Of a stretch of DNA of 20,000 nt, positions 19,216-20,000 are shown piece after piece. The notes below the pieces were generated by a model. The model made no database searches. It saw nothing but the letters and a program-made list of their open reading frames with translations, and was not told the DNA's origin. How positions within the stretch are numbered: the first letter of the stretch is position 1; each line of letters starts with the position of its first letter. The DNA is from Jimgerdemannia flammicorona (Eukaryota), in NCBI GenBank assembly GCA_003990765.1, contig RBNJ01000012.1:44850-64849 (forward strand), written 5' to 3'. The translations under genes and the position numbers were made by a program.

Positions 19216-20000
19216 GATTGATTTGTTGGTTGGAGGCAGTTTGAGGTGTCCATGAGAGAGCATCTGCATTGGAATTTGTTCTTCCAGGGCGGTGCACGAT
19301 GGTTACATCATAGGCTTATAACTTCATTATCCATCTGGCATAGATTCCCTTGGGTTGTCCAGTTGTCAGTAGCCAGGTGAGAGCTGAGTAGTCTGTCTGG
19401 ATGGTGAAGTGTCTTCCGGCCAGATAGTAGTGGAACTTTTCCACAGCCCAGATAACTGCAAGGCATTCCAACTTGTAGGACTCATATTCTTTTTCAGCTC
19501 CTCGGGTTCTGCAGCTAAGATATGCAATGACATACTCTTTTTTGTCTTCTTTTTGAGCCAGGACAGCTCCTAGTCCCTGTGCACTTGCATCCATCTGAAG
19601 GATAAATTCTTGGGTCCAATTGGGTTGTCTGAGGATGGGTGCCTGAGTTTGTCTGACCTTGAGTTTGTCAAATGCTTTTTGTTGTCTGCCAGTCCACTGG
19701 AACTTGGTATCCTTCTTGTTGAGTTCGTAGATTGGACCTGTGATATTGGAGAATCCTCTAATGAATCTGCAATAGTAGGAGGCAAGTCCCATGAAGGCTT
19801 GGGCTTCTGTGACAGTAGTGGGCCTTGGGTATGCTACTACCGCTTGTATCTTGAGGGGGTCCGTGTGCGTTCGTCTCAATTGATGATATGGCCAAGATAG
19901 GAGATCTCGATTTCTGCAAACTTGCACTTCTTGGGTTTGATATAAAGGCCATGTTGTCTTAGTCTCTCCATTATCTGCTGTATGTGCTGCAGATGTTCCT
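19208..20000 (-). pseudogene. pol: RT C-terminal part and RNase H of C
   Basis: FMGLASYY, LQMDASAQGLGAVL, LECLAVIWAV, QTDYSAL, NADALS; one internal stop and a frameshift. Confidence 0.93.

Larger units (their letters stand above)
17058..20000 (-). mobile_element. Younger Ty3/Gypsy element C (different family), 3' part; continues off the right edge
   Basis: RT-RH, IN, ORF3, PPT and 3' LTR in order; inserted 30 bp into the 3' LTR of D; keeps more CpG than its neighbours. Confidence 0.93.

Overview
The window is a nested cluster of decayed eukaryotic Ty3/Gypsy-type LTR retrotransposons, probably fungal (inference); I see no host genes. The oldest element, D (+ strand, 12772-17057), carries four insertions: element A (- strand, its 5' LTR ending at ~12771), a 352-bp hAT-like foldback MITE (12971-13322), a 1.5-kb solo-LTR-like element E (13833-15327) and a younger Gypsy, C (- strand, 17058 to beyond the window end). 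A full-length element B (- strand, 1185-11701, 4-bp TSD GTAG) sits inside the 5' LTR of A. B reads gag(CCHC)-protease-Cys/His-rich linker-dUTPase-dUTPase-like domain-RT-RNaseH, then integrase, then an extra ORF. All copies are damaged, mainly by C>T/G>A transitions. Three features stand out. (1) In two divergent families integrase is a separate ORF whose ATG overlaps the RNase H stop, and a further ORF overlaps the integrase stop, which suggests termination-reinitiation rather than a Pol polyprotein. (2) That extra ORF is an unrecognised protein family found four times here, once inside the U3 of the solo LTR. (3) The U3 regions carry 18-bp arrays that keep a GACA/TGTC lattice while the spacer bases change.
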